Shown here piece by piece: positions 45,548 to 56,476 of a stretch of 64,000 bases of DNA. The DNA is taken from positions 12,530 through 76,529 of the forward strand of contig JAXLZU010000001.1 of assembly GCA_046350735.1 (NCBI GenBank), read 5' to 3'. This DNA is from Candidatus Saccharimonadota bacterium. Lineage in GTDB: Bacteria > Patescibacteriota > Saccharimonadia > CAILAD01 > BJGX01. Both the position numbers and the translations under genes were made by a program. The notes under the pieces were generated by a model that was not told where the DNA came from, searched no databases, and worked only from the letters and a program-made list of their open reading frames with translations. Every line of letters starts with the position of its first letter. Position 1 is the stretch's first letter.

Positions 45548-45705
45548 TCGTTATCTCACCCCTTCTTTACTACTAATAATAATCGCTAAAAAAGTTTTCC
45601 ACAACCAAACAAAAACCAGAAATATATATCTAACCAAGAGCTTGTGGAAAAATATACTATTTAGATTGACTAATGTAATAAAAATCTGTAGTATATATAA
45701 GACCT
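45548..45705. promoter_or_regulatory. dnaA/rpmH divergent control region with inverted DnaA-box pair and rpmH promoter
   Basis: ttttccacaa (45595-45604) and cttgtggaaaa (45641-45652) in inverted orientation. TTGACT-N17-TAGTAT (45665-45693) before rpmH. Confidence 0.5.
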
Positions 45706-45843
45706 ATGAGTAAAAAAACCTACCAACCAAAGAAACGCTATCGATCTCGAGTACATGGCTTTTTTGCCAGAATGAGTACACGACAAGGTCAAGCTGTATT
45801 AAAAAGACGCAAGTTAAAAGGCCGAAAAAAGATTTCTGCCTAA
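45706..45843 (+). CDS. rpmH: 50S ribosomal protein L34
   Basis: [45 protein letters not shown] (45 aa). Below the ORF-track length cutoff but unmistakable. Confidence 0.95.
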   Translation: MSKKTYQPKKRYRSRVHGFFARMSTRQGQAVLKRRKLKGRKKISA

Positions 45844-45850
45844 TTTATAT

Positions 45851-46186
45851 ATGGAACCACTCCGAAAAAAGGTAGAATTTGCAAAAACCTATCGGCTTGG
45901 TAAATCTGTTCGAACGCCCAATTTTACAATTAAGGCCCTTCAAGTAAAAGAGTCTACTATTAAGCTTGGTATTGTGGTGCCAAAAAAGGTAAGTAAAAAA
46001 GCAGTAGTAAGAAATCGTGCACGCCGTCGCGTGAGAGAGATAATACGAAAAAATATTTCATTGGCGATACCTGGTTTTTTCGTTATAGTAAATATATACA
46101 CTGACCTTTCAGAGATAAATCATACTAATTTAGAAAAGAGCCTTATACAGAGCCTTCAGAGCCTTAAAGTATTTAAAACCCAATGA
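45851..46186 (+). CDS. rnpA: RNase P protein component RnpA
   Basis: Basic 111-aa protein. RNR motif region VVRNRARRRVREIIRK. Follows rpmH. Confidence 0.85.
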   Translation: MEPLRKKVEFAKTYRLGKSVRTPNFTIKALQVKESTIKLGIVVPKKVSKKAVVRNRARRRVREIIRKNISLAIPGFFVIVNIYTDLSEINHTNLEKSLIQSLQSLKVFKTQ

Positions 46187-46434
46187 AACCTATTATTATT
46201 ACATCAATCAATCTTTATCAAAAAACCCTATCACCAGACCATGGGTTATTAAAATCACGCTACCCGTATGGTTTTTGCCGTCACTACCCAAGTTGTAGTG
46301 AATATACTAAGCAAGCATTTATTCATCAGCCACTACTGAAGGCAGTTGGTTTAAGTACCAAACGGATACTTAGCTGTAATCCATTTGTAAGCCCACGTGT
46401 GGACATGAGTTATTTACCTAAGGAGATGCAATGA
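46183..46434 (+). CDS. yidD: membrane protein insertion efficiency factor YidD
   Basis: FCRHYPSCSEY conserved cysteine motif. 83 aa. Confidence 0.85.
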   Translation: MKPIIITSINLYQKTLSPDHGLLKSRYPYGFCRHYPSCSEYTKQAFIHQPLLKAVGLSTKRILSCNPFVSPRVDMSYLPKEMQ

Positions 46435-47252
46435 GCCCAATTTTTCATTTATTACAAGTAATTTTTCTACAGCCATTATTAAACTTACTCTTTTTAATTT
46501 ATGGAATTATTCCAGGGCACGACTTTGGAGTAAGTGTTATTATTCTTACCCTTATTATTCGATTTGCTCTTTGGCCACTTACATCTAAACAACTACGTAG
46601 CCAAAAAAAGATGCAAGCCTTACAGCCAGAAATTGCAAAACTTAAGAAAAAAGCTAATGGCGACAAAACTCTCGAGTCTCAAATGTTAATGGAGCTTTAT
46701 AAAGAAAAAGAAATTTCTCCGTTTTCAGCTTGTCTTCCTGTACTCTTACAATTTCCATTTCTTATTGCACTATATTTTGTATTTCAGGCGGCTACACATA
46801 ATACATCTGAATTAGTAAACCTACTCTATATACCTATTCAAAATTTAAGCGCCGTCCAAGCAATAATTCAAAATCCTTCTAGTTTTCAGCCAACCTTACT
46901 AGGAATAATTTCAATGACAAATCCAAGTATTCCACTTGCTATTCTTGCAGGGGTTACACAGTTCATTCAGGTGCAGATGATTACACCAAAACAAACCGAT
47001 AAATCAGACCCAAGTGCTGCGGCAACCAAAATGATGAACTATGTTTTTCCGCTTATTACCGTATTTATTGCCTGGAAGCTCCCTGCTGCCTTACCACTAT
47101 ACTGGCTAACCGCTAATTTAGTTTCTATTTTGCAGCAAAAAGTAGTTATGGGTGAAGAAGTTGAAGAAATGGAAGAGGTAACGGTGGTTAAAAAGATTGC
47201 CGAGCCAAAGAAGCAGAAAGTTAAACCTTCAGGAAAGCGACGTGGAAAGTAA
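46431..47252 (+). CDS. yidC: membrane protein insertase YidC (short Oxa1-type)
   Basis: 5 TM core with ILTLIIRFALWPLTSKQ... and C-terminal basic tail KKQKVKPSGKRRGK. Confidence 0.85.
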   Translation: MSPIFHLLQVIFLQPLLNLLFLIYGIIPGHDFGVSVIILTLIIRFALWPLTSKQLRSQKKMQALQPEIAKLKKKANGDKTLESQMLMELYKEKEISPFSACLPVLLQFPFLIALYFVFQAATHNTSELVNLLYIPIQNLSAVQAIIQNPSSFQPTLLGIISMTNPSIPLAILAGVTQFIQVQMITPKQTDKSDPSAAATKMMNYVFPLITVFIAWKLPAALPLYWLTANLVSILQQKVVMGEEVEEMEEVTVVKKIAEPKKQKVKPSGKRRGK

Positions 47253-47679
47253 GATACTTGCTCAAGAAATTACTGAAAATCTTCTCGACCGACTTAATGT
47301 TAGTTATACTATTACCACAACAGAAGAAAACGGGATAACCATCGATAGTCCAGACCATGCTCTATTAATTGGTAAAAAAGGTGATAATTTACGTTCTTTG
47401 CAACATTTGGTAAATAGTATTATGAAGCGCCAAGATCCACACGTAGAATGGTGTGTAATAGATGTGGCGGGGTATAAAAAAGAGCGCATAGAAAAGTTGC
47501 GTTCTATTGCTGAGAGTATTGCCAAAGAAGTTATTACTAGTGGTAGACCAAAGAGATTGCCAGCCATGAACTCTTTTGAGCGAAGAGCAATTCATACATA
47601 CCTAGCCGAAAATAATGAGGTTGTTACTGAAAGTGAAGGTCAAGAACCTAATCGCTCGATTGTGGTTAAAAAAGCCTAG
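47242..47679 (+). CDS. Jag/KhpB-like RNA-binding protein (KH + R3H domains)
   Basis: R3H motif SFERRAIHTYLAE. Start likely GTG 47242 with aggaaag RBS (track start 47197 would overlap yidC by 56 nt). Confidence 0.7.
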   Translation: MESKILAQEITENLLDRLNVSYTITTTEENGITIDSPDHALLIGKKGDNLRSLQHLVNSIMKRQDPHVEWCVIDVAGYKKERIEKLRSIAESIAKEVITSGRPKRLPAMNSFERRAIHTYLAENNEVVTESEGQEPNRSIVVKKA

Positions 47680-47702
47680 TTACTTTATTAAGTAAGTAAT
47701 AT

Positions 47703-49073
47703 ATGAAATCATCCAACGAAGATACTATAGTAGCTCTAGCTACACCTACTGGGGTTGGTGCCTTAGCAATTATTCGTGTGTCTGGTAATCTCTCAAAGAC
47801 TATATTAGACAAACTTTTTAGACCTATTAATAATCAGTCAATTAAGCCACGAGAGCTACAACTTGGCTGGATACAAGAAGGTAGTAAGAAGTTAGATCAG
47901 GCAATGGCCGTATATATGCCAAACCCAAATAGTTTTACCGGAGAAGATGTAGTGGAGTTTCATCTGCACGGCTCTCCCGCAATTATTCAAAGCTTAATTA
48001 GTAGTATTATTACACACCCTGGAATACGTCAGGCTGAGGCGGGTGAGTTTACTCGACGAGCGTTTATGAATGGAAAAATAGACCTTGTGCAGGCAGAGGC
48101 AGTTGCCGAACTTATTAGTGCCCAAAATGAACGCTCAGCTAAGCAAGCTAGTAGCTTATTAAATGGCGAGCTCTCTAACCAAATTGAAAAGCTAAAGAGC
48201 AAAGTTATATCGCTAAGTGCATTCTATATAGCAAATATTGATTTTTCAGAAGAAGATATACCGGCAATTTCGCCAACCAAAGCACTACAGACTATTACAG
48301 AAATAAAACAGACCATAGAGCAACTTATACAGAATGCAAAGCACCAAAATGTTATACGAGAGGGGTTTAAAGTAGCACTTGTGGGTCTACCAAATGCTGG
48401 CAAGAGCACATTACTTAATAACTTACTAGGATACGATAGGGCATTGGTGAGTGATATTGCTGGTACAACTAGAGATATACTTTCAGAATCTATAACAATT
48501 AATGGTGTGCATTATATACTAACCGATACAGCTGGTCTCCATACTACTAAAGACACAGTGGAGCGTTTGGGTATAGAGAGAACTAAAGCAGAGATAGAGC
48601 AGAGTGATATTGTATTATTGTTAATAGAACCAGGTGAGCAAGCCGACACACAGAAATATTTAGAAGATAATAATCTACTTTATTCTCTAAAGCAGAGCAA
48701 AGTTTTAGTAGTATTTACCAAGTCAGATATAACGACTGAGCCAATTAGTAAATTCTTTTCAGGATTTACCTCTATTACTATTAGCTCAGAAGATAGGCAG
48801 CTTGTAACTAACCTAACTAAATCACTCGAAAAACTCACCAGTGATATCAATCTCGAGAGTGTACAACTGCTTACAAATCGACAGTTATCGTTATTTAATG
48901 AGGCAGTAAAACAACTAGAGCTTTTAGAAAAGCTTTTAATTGATCAAGAAAGTGATGATATTATTCTTGTTGAGTTACAAGCTGTAGTTGATATATTTAA
49001 TTCATTAAGTGGCAAACAAACTTCTGGGGAGATGATTAATGAAGTATTTGCTAACTTCTGTATAGGAAAATAA
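47703..49073 (+). CDS. mnmE: tRNA modification GTPase MnmE (TrmE)
   Basis: G-domain GLPNAGKSTLLN, DTAG, TKSD. C-terminal CIGK. 456 aa. Confidence 0.9.
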   Translation: MKSSNEDTIVALATPTGVGALAIIRVSGNLSKTILDKLFRPINNQSIKPRELQLGWIQEGSKKLDQAMAVYMPNPNSFTGEDVVEFHLHGSPAIIQSLISSIITHPGIRQAEAGEFTRRAFMNGKIDLVQAEAVAELISAQNERSAKQASSLLNGELSNQIEKLKSKVISLSAFYIANIDFSEEDIPAISPTKALQTITEIKQTIEQLIQNAKHQNVIREGFKVALVGLPNAGKSTLLNNLLGYDRALVSDIAGTTRDILSESITINGVHYILTDTAGLHTTKDTVERLGIERTKAEIEQSDIVLLLIEPGEQADTQKYLEDNNLLYSLKQSKVLVVFTKSDITTEPISKFFSGFTSITISSEDRQLVTNLTKSLEKLTSDINLESVQLLTNRQLSLFNEAVKQLELLEKLLIDQESDDIILVELQAVVDIFNSLSGKQTSGEMINEVFANFCIGK

Positions 49074-50813
49074 CTAGTCGGTAATAGGGAAATCGAGAGA
49101 GCTTTGGTAATAGGTGTGTATTGTATCGGTTTTCGTAACCTTGCCATTTAGGTCTAGTACATCACGATAAAATACTGTGTGAGATGGAATAGTAGGGTCT
49201 GCATTACCAGATATGTATTCAGGCCCTCTAATTACACCAGACTTTGTTTTTGTACCATAAAAATCAAATTTTAAGGTAGTACCATACATTTGGGTTTGAA
49301 TAAGAATATAGTGACCAGTGTCATTTAAGAATTTCATGTCTACTTGTGGATAGTAGATGGTAGCATCTACACCTGGCACGCCATACGGAGCGGTATAATA
49401 ACTAATTGCAAAAGCGTGGTTAGTGCGTTGTAAGATTGGCAAACCCGCAAGCAGAGCGGCTCTATAGGCCGTAGAAGAGACTTGGCAGAGCCCACCGCCA
49501 TAAGCCTTTTCTTCATGATCACCAAGAATAATAAGACCAGGTGCATACCCAGTAGCTGCACTAACCTCGCCCAAATACTCACCAAAGCTAAAGACTTGCC
49601 CAGGTTTTAGTAAAACACCATTAAACTTCTTCGCACCAGTGCGGACGTTTTGTAAACGGTTAGCCGGCGAGCCAGGAAAGTAGGTTACGCCTTCAGAAAT
49701 CAGCTCTTTAATACCGAGCTTGTCGATATTTTCATTACTTACAGCGGCTGGTATAGTTTTTACACTCAGAGCAATTTGTCCGTTCGTTGTTTGACTATTA
49801 AGATAACTAGTAATAGCACTAATTGTAGTGGCTTCATCGAGCTGTAGACCATTTCTACTTTGCGCAAAAACTGTAGCTCGACCATCAACAATAGTAAGCT
49901 CGGCATCTTGTGGCTCGGTATTAATTTTGCCAGCCAAATCTTTTACCCAAGCAGCAATTTTTAGGCTGTCAAAATAGGTGGAAGAATTTTCTGAAGGTGG
50001 AGTGTAGTAATTAGTAAGTATATCTTTCTTTAGTGGTAAGTCAGTGGGTGTAGCTGCAAGCCAATTTGCCACAGTATTTGAATCTATCTTCCAGGAATTA
50101 CCCGCATAGCTAAGAGTGATAGGTTGGGTATTAATTGCTTGCCAAAGATTAGTATAGGTTTTGAGTTGGCTACTACTAATCGTTGGTTGAACTTGAAAAA
50201 GTGGAACGACACCGGGTTTATTATTTTGACTACCAAAGTAACTAGCAAGCCAAAGTTGGGTAGTATAAAGATTTAGACGATTTCCAGCTAAACTCTCAGA
50301 AATTGTCACATTCCCATCGGTAAAGTTAATAGCAGAGTTTTGTACTGGCTGACTAAGAGCTTGATTTTGACTAACCAGAAAATCACTTATTTTATTAGGG
50401 TCAAAACTCACAACGGCAATTGGTGTTTGTCTGCCAACCAGTGCCGCTACTTGAGCTGAAATATTTTCAAATATATTACCACCCCGGCCTATCATTAGTG
50501 CTTGGTTAGATGCTACCGCATTATTATAAGTTGCCCCAAGATCGTTTGCTGAGACAGTAACGGTTTTATTAGCAAAGCTAAGACTCTGAGGCTGATCAGC
50601 ATACTTAGTGGTTTGTTTTTGTAGCTCCTTCTGTGCATCGGCAGTAGTTAACCCTCCTAGATAAACGCCATTTGCACTTACTCCTGGATATATTCGTCCA
50701 AAATAGGCGAGACGCAGACCGATTATGAGGAATACAAAAAGAGCCAGTATTACACCGAGCCCAATGAGAGATTTTTTTACCCAAGATAATTGTTGTAGTT
50801 TTTGCATTGTCAC
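49074..50813 (-). CDS. VanW-family protein (N-terminal TM anchor + VanW domain)
   Basis: GGGLCQVSSTAYRAALLAGLPILQRTNH and PGQVFSFGEYLG blocks match VanW/YoaR. Confidence 0.6.
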   Translation of the reverse strand: MTMQKLQQLSWVKKSLIGLGVILALFVFLIIGLRLAYFGRIYPGVSANGVYLGGLTTADAQKELQKQTTKYADQPQSLSFANKTVTVSANDLGATYNNAVASNQALMIGRGGNIFENISAQVAALVGRQTPIAVVSFDPNKISDFLVSQNQALSQPVQNSAINFTDGNVTISESLAGNRLNLYTTQLWLASYFGSQNNKPGVVPLFQVQPTISSSQLKTYTNLWQAINTQPITLSYAGNSWKIDSNTVANWLAATPTDLPLKKDILTNYYTPPSENSSTYFDSLKIAAWVKDLAGKINTEPQDAELTIVDGRATVFAQSRNGLQLDEATTISAITSYLNSQTTNGQIALSVKTIPAAVSNENIDKLGIKELISEGVTYFPGSPANRLQNVRTGAKKFNGVLLKPGQVFSFGEYLGEVSAATGYAPGLIILGDHEEKAYGGGLCQVSSTAYRAALLAGLPILQRTNHAFAISYYTAPYGVPGVDATIYYPQVDMKFLNDTGHYILIQTQMYGTTLKFDFYGTKTKSGVIRGPEYISGNADPTIPSHTVFYRDVLDLNGKVTKTDTIHTYYQSSLDFPITD

Positions 50814-50882
50814 TTTGGCCTTTTGATGGCTTAATTATATACTACTTCACTCGCTATACAAAGCATAAGCTTTGCAGGTTAG

Positions 50883-51914
<1,032 letters not shown>

Positions 51915-51981
51915 CTTCTTGCATTTTAACTAGCATTCGCTATACTACACCTGTTGTACCTTCCCACGACAGGAGAGCAGC

Positions 51982-52554
51982 ATGGAAGTTGAAGACCTTG
52001 GTCTAAATGGCGCACTACTGATAAAACCGACGATTTTTGGTGATGATCGAGGTTACTTTTTAGAAACCTACCGCCGCGAGGCCTATCGCGAGGCAGGGGT
52101 GATTCTTGATGAAGTTCAAATGAATCGTTCGCGTTCGAGCCATGGAGTGCTAAGAGCAATTCATTTTCAGCTCAGCCCTGGCCAGCCTAAGCTGGTAAGC
52201 TGTGCACATGGAGAAGTATTTAATGTAGCTGTAGATTTACGACTGCAGTCACCTACCTTTGGTATGTATGCCGGTGTAGCACTCACTGAGAGAAACGGCT
52301 ATCAACTGTATCTCCCAGTTGGTTTTGGTAATGGTTTTGTGGTGGTTTCAGATACCGCTTCGTATAACTATATTGTAGGCAGTCTCTACGACCCAGCTAA
52401 CGAGGCCGAAATTGCCTATAACGACCCCGATATTGATATCGATTGGCCAGTTGATGATCCAATTGTTTCTGAGCGCGACAAGCAAGCTCCACTTCTGAAA
52501 GATTTTGACTGGAGTAGGTGTACATGGCAAAACCAACCGACCTTATTTAGTTAA
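51982..52554 (+). CDS. rfbC: dTDP-4-dehydrorhamnose 3,5-epimerase
   Basis: FGDDRGYFLETY cupin signature. 190 aa. Confidence 0.85.
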   Translation: MEVEDLGLNGALLIKPTIFGDDRGYFLETYRREAYREAGVILDEVQMNRSRSSHGVLRAIHFQLSPGQPKLVSCAHGEVFNVAVDLRLQSPTFGMYAGVALTERNGYQLYLPVGFGNGFVVVSDTASYNYIVGSLYDPANEAEIAYNDPDIDIDWPVDDPIVSERDKQAPLLKDFDWSRCTWQNQPTLFS

Positions 52555-52596
52555 TAAGGTCTTTTTTGTTATAATTACAGATAGAAAAGGAGCTTT

Positions 52597-53466
52597 GTGA
52601 AAGGAATTATTCTAGCTGGCGGGAGTGGCACCCGTTTATATCCAATTACTAAAGGTATTAGCAAGCAGCTAATGCCGATTTATGATAAACCAATGATTTA
52701 TTATCCGCTCAGTACGCTAATGATGGCAGGTATTAAAGATGTTCTTATTATTACTACCCCGCATGATAGTGATCAGTTTCAACGACTTTTAGGCGATGGT
52801 AGTGTGTTGGGTATTAATTTGCAGTATGCTGTTCAACCCAGTCCAGACGGTCTCGCCCAGGCATTTATTATTGGTGAGGAATTTATTGGTAACGATAAGG
52901 TTGCCCTTATATTGGGCGACAATATTTTTCATGGGCATGAGTTTGGCCTAAGCTTAAAAGAGTGCAGTAATCCAGACGGCGGAATTATCTTTGCCTATCA
53001 GGTATCAGACCCAGAGCGTTACGGTGTAGTAGAATTCGATAGTAATAAGCAAGCTCTTTCAATAGAAGAAAAACCCGCCAAACCAAAGTCTAATTATGCT
53101 GTTGTGGGCTTATATTTTTATGATAATGATGTAGTAGAAATTGCCAAAAATATACAACCAAGTGATAGGGGTGAGCTAGAAATAACTACCGTTAACGAAG
53201 AATATCTAAAACGTAAGAAATTGCAAGTACAGATAATGGAGGCTGGCTCCGCCTGGCTTGATACTGGTACTTTTGCTTCTATGATGGACGCTGCCGAATA
53301 TATTAGTGTTATAGAAAAAAGAACAGGATATAAGATAGGCTGTATAGAAGAGGTAGCATATCAGCAAGGGTTTATTACTAGGCGACAGTTAAACAAGCTT
53401 GCCGAACCACTTGTTAAGAGTGGATATGGAACATACCTCAATAAAATATTAGAGAAAGTAGAGTAA
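52597..53466 (+). CDS. rfbA: glucose-1-phosphate thymidylyltransferase (GTG start)
   Basis: [18 protein letters not shown]-terminal motif. 289 aa. Confidence 0.85.
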   Translation: MKGIILAGGSGTRLYPITKGISKQLMPIYDKPMIYYPLSTLMMAGIKDVLIITTPHDSDQFQRLLGDGSVLGINLQYAVQPSPDGLAQAFIIGEEFIGNDKVALILGDNIFHGHEFGLSLKECSNPDGGIIFAYQVSDPERYGVVEFDSNKQALSIEEKPAKPKSNYAVVGLYFYDNDVVEIAKNIQPSDRGELEITTVNEEYLKRKKLQVQIMEAGSAWLDTGTFASMMDAAEYISVIEKRTGYKIGCIEEVAYQQGFITRRQLNKLAEPLVKSGYGTYLNKILEKVE

Positions 53467-53470
53467 AAAA

Positions 53471-54169
53471 ATGAGAGTGGCATTTGTAATACCAGCTTAC
53501 AATGAAGCAACAGTAATTCCTAACGTCTTAAAAGACTTAAAAAAAGCTCTTGCCAAGACAAAATTAGATTATGAAATTGTTGTTGTTGACGATGGTAGTA
53601 GTGACAAGACAGGAGAAATTGTAAAAAATGAAGATGTTTTTGTAATCTCGCATATTCTTAATTCTGGTAGTGGTAGCGCTACGGCAACGGGACTCAGCTA
53701 TGCCCAACAAAGTGGATTTGATATCGCCGCTACTTTAGATGCGGATGGTCAGCATGATCCTAGTGAAGTAATTAAGGGTGTGGAATTAATCCAAAAGAAA
53801 AAAACCGACCTCCTTATAGGTAGTCGACTTATTAATTCTAAAGGGATGTCTAAAACAAAAGTTGCTGGCAATAAAGGTCTGAGCTATATTACCTTTTTAC
53901 TTTTTGGTATTAAGGTTACCGACTCACAGTCAGGGATGCGTATTTATTCTAAAAAAGCCCTAGATAATCTTAAGTGGAAAAGCAGTGGGTATGAGTTTTG
54001 CTCAGAAATGTTATGGCGAGCAAAACAGCAGAACATGAAAGTAGATGAATATCCAATTACTGCAATTTATACAGACTATTCAAAAGCAAAAGGCCAAAAT
54101 AATTGGAATTCATTTAATATTATTAAATCACTTTTGCAACGGAGAATAATGGAGGTGTTTGGTGAGTAG
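53471..54169 (+). CDS. GT2-family polyprenol-phosphate glycosyltransferase (GtrB/DPM1-like)
   Basis: AFVIPAYNEATVI and VVVDDGSSDKT (DxD-type). Confidence 0.7.
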   Translation: MRVAFVIPAYNEATVIPNVLKDLKKALAKTKLDYEIVVVDDGSSDKTGEIVKNEDVFVISHILNSGSGSATATGLSYAQQSGFDIAATLDADGQHDPSEVIKGVELIQKKKTDLLIGSRLINSKGMSKTKVAGNKGLSYITFLLFGIKVTDSQSGMRIYSKKALDNLKWKSSGYEFCSEMLWRAKQQNMKVDEYPITAIYTDYSKAKGQNNWNSFNIIKSLLQRRIMEVFGE

Positions 54170-54527
54170 ATATTTATTACTAGTTTTACTTAATACTCCA
54201 TTAATAATTTTAGGAATTACTAATGCTCTAGTGGCATACAAACTAGAACGTACTAGTCGAAGGAGATTTATATTCAGGCTAGTATTATGGCTTGGAATAT
54301 TTACTGGGTTAGTATTTGCAGAACCAATATATAACTTTTTATTTTCTAAGGGTCTGACACAAACTGAACCACTCAGTTTGTTTGATGTGATCCAAATAAC
54401 TGCGATTATACTAGTATTGTTTTTAGCTAATCTTGCTAATAGCCGAGTAGCTATATTAGAAAAACAAGTAAGAGACTTACATCAAGAGCTCTCTATTCGC
54501 CTTTCAGAAAAACAAAACAAAAAATAG
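54159..54527 (+). CDS. small membrane protein (DUF2304-like partner of GtrB-type GT2)
   Basis: 122 aa, 3-4 TM plus C-terminal coiled coil. Gene overlap with GT2. Confidence 0.35.
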   Translation: MVSRYLLLVLLNTPLIILGITNALVAYKLERTSRRRFIFRLVLWLGIFTGLVFAEPIYNFLFSKGLTQTEPLSLFDVIQITAIILVLFLANLANSRVAILEKQVRDLHQELSIRLSEKQNKK

Positions 54528-54581
54528 TTAGAATAATCAGGTTAAATCTGCTACTATACTAGATATAACTTTGTGGAGAAT

Positions 54582-55616
54582 ATGAGTAATTTTACGAATA
54601 AAACATTATTAATTACCGGAGGAACTGGCTCTTTCGGTAATACAGTTTTGCGTCGATTTTTAAAAACTGACATTAAAGAAATAAGAGTTTTTTCTCGAGA
54701 TGAGAAAAAACAAGATGATATGCGAAAAGCTTTGGCTAGTGAAAAAGTTAAGTTTTACATTGGGGATGTAAGAAACCCAGAAAGTATACATGATGCATTA
54801 GTTGGTGTGGATTATGTTTTTCACGCAGCGGCACTTAAACAGGTTCCATCATGTGAGTTCTTTCCAATGGAAGCAGTAAGGACTAATGTATTGGGGACTG
54901 ACAATGTATTGAATGCTGCCATTCGTGAAGGCGTAAAAAAGGTAGTGTGTCTGTCTACCGATAAAGCTGCTTACCCAATTAATGCTATGGGTACATCTAA
55001 GGCAATGATGGAGAAAGTAATTGTTGCCAAGTCTCGAACGGTTGACTCTAAAGATACAACCATCTCGGTTACGCGCTATGGGAATGTTATGGCCTCTCGT
55101 GGTTCAGTAATACCATTATTCATAGAGCAGATTAAAGCCGGCAAACCACTTACTATTACTGATCCTACTATGACTCGCTTTTTAATGAATTTAGATGAAG
55201 CAGTAGATTTGGTACTATTTGCTTTTGAAAATGCCAACCAAGGCGATTTATTTGTCCAGAAATCACCCGCCTCCACAATTGAAGTGTTGGCCCAAGCAGT
55301 AAAAGAACTATTTGAGGCAAAGAACGAGATAAAAATTATTGGTACTCGACATGGCGAAAAAAAAGATGAAACACTACTAACTAGAGAAGAACGTGTAAAA
55401 GCAGATGATTTAGGTGGATATTTTAGGGTTCCGGCCGATACTCGCGACCTTAATTATGGCAAATTTGTTGAAAATGGCGAACAGGGATTAGGGGAGGTTG
55501 TTGAATACACATCAGATAATACCGACAGGCTAAATGTTGAAGAAGTTAAGAATAAACTTCTTACTGTTGAGTATGTTAAAGCAGAGCTTGCAAATAAAAA
55601 AGGAGAATTACTATAA
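54582..55616 (+). CDS. UDP-N-acetylglucosamine 4,6-dehydratase family (CapD/PseB/FnlA-like)
   Basis: LLITGGTGSFG N-terminal motif. SDR extended fold. ~344 aa. Confidence 0.7.
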   Translation: MSNFTNKTLLITGGTGSFGNTVLRRFLKTDIKEIRVFSRDEKKQDDMRKALASEKVKFYIGDVRNPESIHDALVGVDYVFHAAALKQVPSCEFFPMEAVRTNVLGTDNVLNAAIREGVKKVVCLSTDKAAYPINAMGTSKAMMEKVIVAKSRTVDSKDTTISVTRYGNVMASRGSVIPLFIEQIKAGKPLTITDPTMTRFLMNLDEAVDLVLFAFENANQGDLFVQKSPASTIEVLAQAVKELFEAKNEIKIIGTRHGEKKDETLLTREERVKADDLGGYFRVPADTRDLNYGKFVENGEQGLGEVVEYTSDNTDRLNVEEVKNKLLTVEYVKAELANKKGELL

Positions 55617-56476
55617 AAACAAAAAATATTCTTGTTTTAGGTGCTGCCGGAATGGCAGGCCATGTAGTTTCGCTATACTTGCGGGAAGAGGGTTTTGATG
55701 TAAAAACCCTATCTGCACGTAATAAGCTAGACGAAAACACCACTCTCTTAGATGTTACAAATCCAGAAGATCTAAAAAACTATCTCAATAATAATAAGTT
55801 TGACGTAGTAGTTAACTGTATTGGTCTGCTTATTAAACAAAGTGAAGAACGAAAAGACCTAGCAGTGTATCTTAACTCTTATCTGCCGCACTTCTTAGAG
55901 AACTATTACAAAGATAGTAAGACAAAAATAATACATCTTAGTACTGATTGTGTTTTTTCCGGTAAGAACCCTCCATACAAAGAAGATAGCTGGTTTGATG
56001 GTGAGCTTTTTTATGACAGAAGTAAGGCTCTTGGTGAAATTATTAACGACAAAGACCTCACTTTTAGAATGTCTATTATTGGGCCTGATATGCAAGAGGA
56101 TGGTGTAGGATTGTTTAATTGGTTTTATGCTCAAAGTGGTGAGGTATTTGGGTATACTAAAGCGGTATGGAATGGAATTACTACTATTGAACTCGCTAAG
56201 GCAATTAAAGTTGCAATAGAAAAGAATCTGACAGGTCTCTACCAATTAGTCCCTAGTGGTAATATAACTAAATACAACCTATTGCAACTGTTTAAGAAAG
56301 AGTTTAATCGCAATGATATTACTATTAGCCCCAAAGAGGAAGTTGCTCTAGATAAAACACTTGTTAATACTAGAAAAGATTTTAACTTTAAAGTTTCTGA
56401 ATATCCAGATATGATAAAAGAGATGAGAATGTGGATAGAAAAACATAATAATTTATATAGGCACTACAAAAAATGA
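55613..56476 (+). CDS. RmlD-like NAD(P)-dependent sugar-nucleotide reductase (dTDP-4-dehydrorhamnose reductase family); apparent non-canonical ATA start
   Basis: Rossmann GxxGxxG (NILVLGAAGMAGHVV) lies upstream of the first ATG (55652). In-frame ATA at 55613 sits 7 nt after AGGAG (55601-55605), giving MKTKNILVLGAAGMAG. Confidence 0.5.
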   Translation: MKTKNILVLGAAGMAGHVVSLYLREEGFDVKTLSARNKLDENTTLLDVTNPEDLKNYLNNNKFDVVVNCIGLLIKQSEERKDLAVYLNSYLPHFLENYYKDSKTKIIHLSTDCVFSGKNPPYKEDSWFDGELFYDRSKALGEIINDKDLTFRMSIIGPDMQEDGVGLFNWFYAQSGEVFGYTKAVWNGITTIELAKAIKVAIEKNLTGLYQLVPSGNITKYNLLQLFKKEFNRNDITISPKEEVALDKTLVNTRKDFNFKVSEYPDMIKEMRMWIEKHNNLYRHYKK

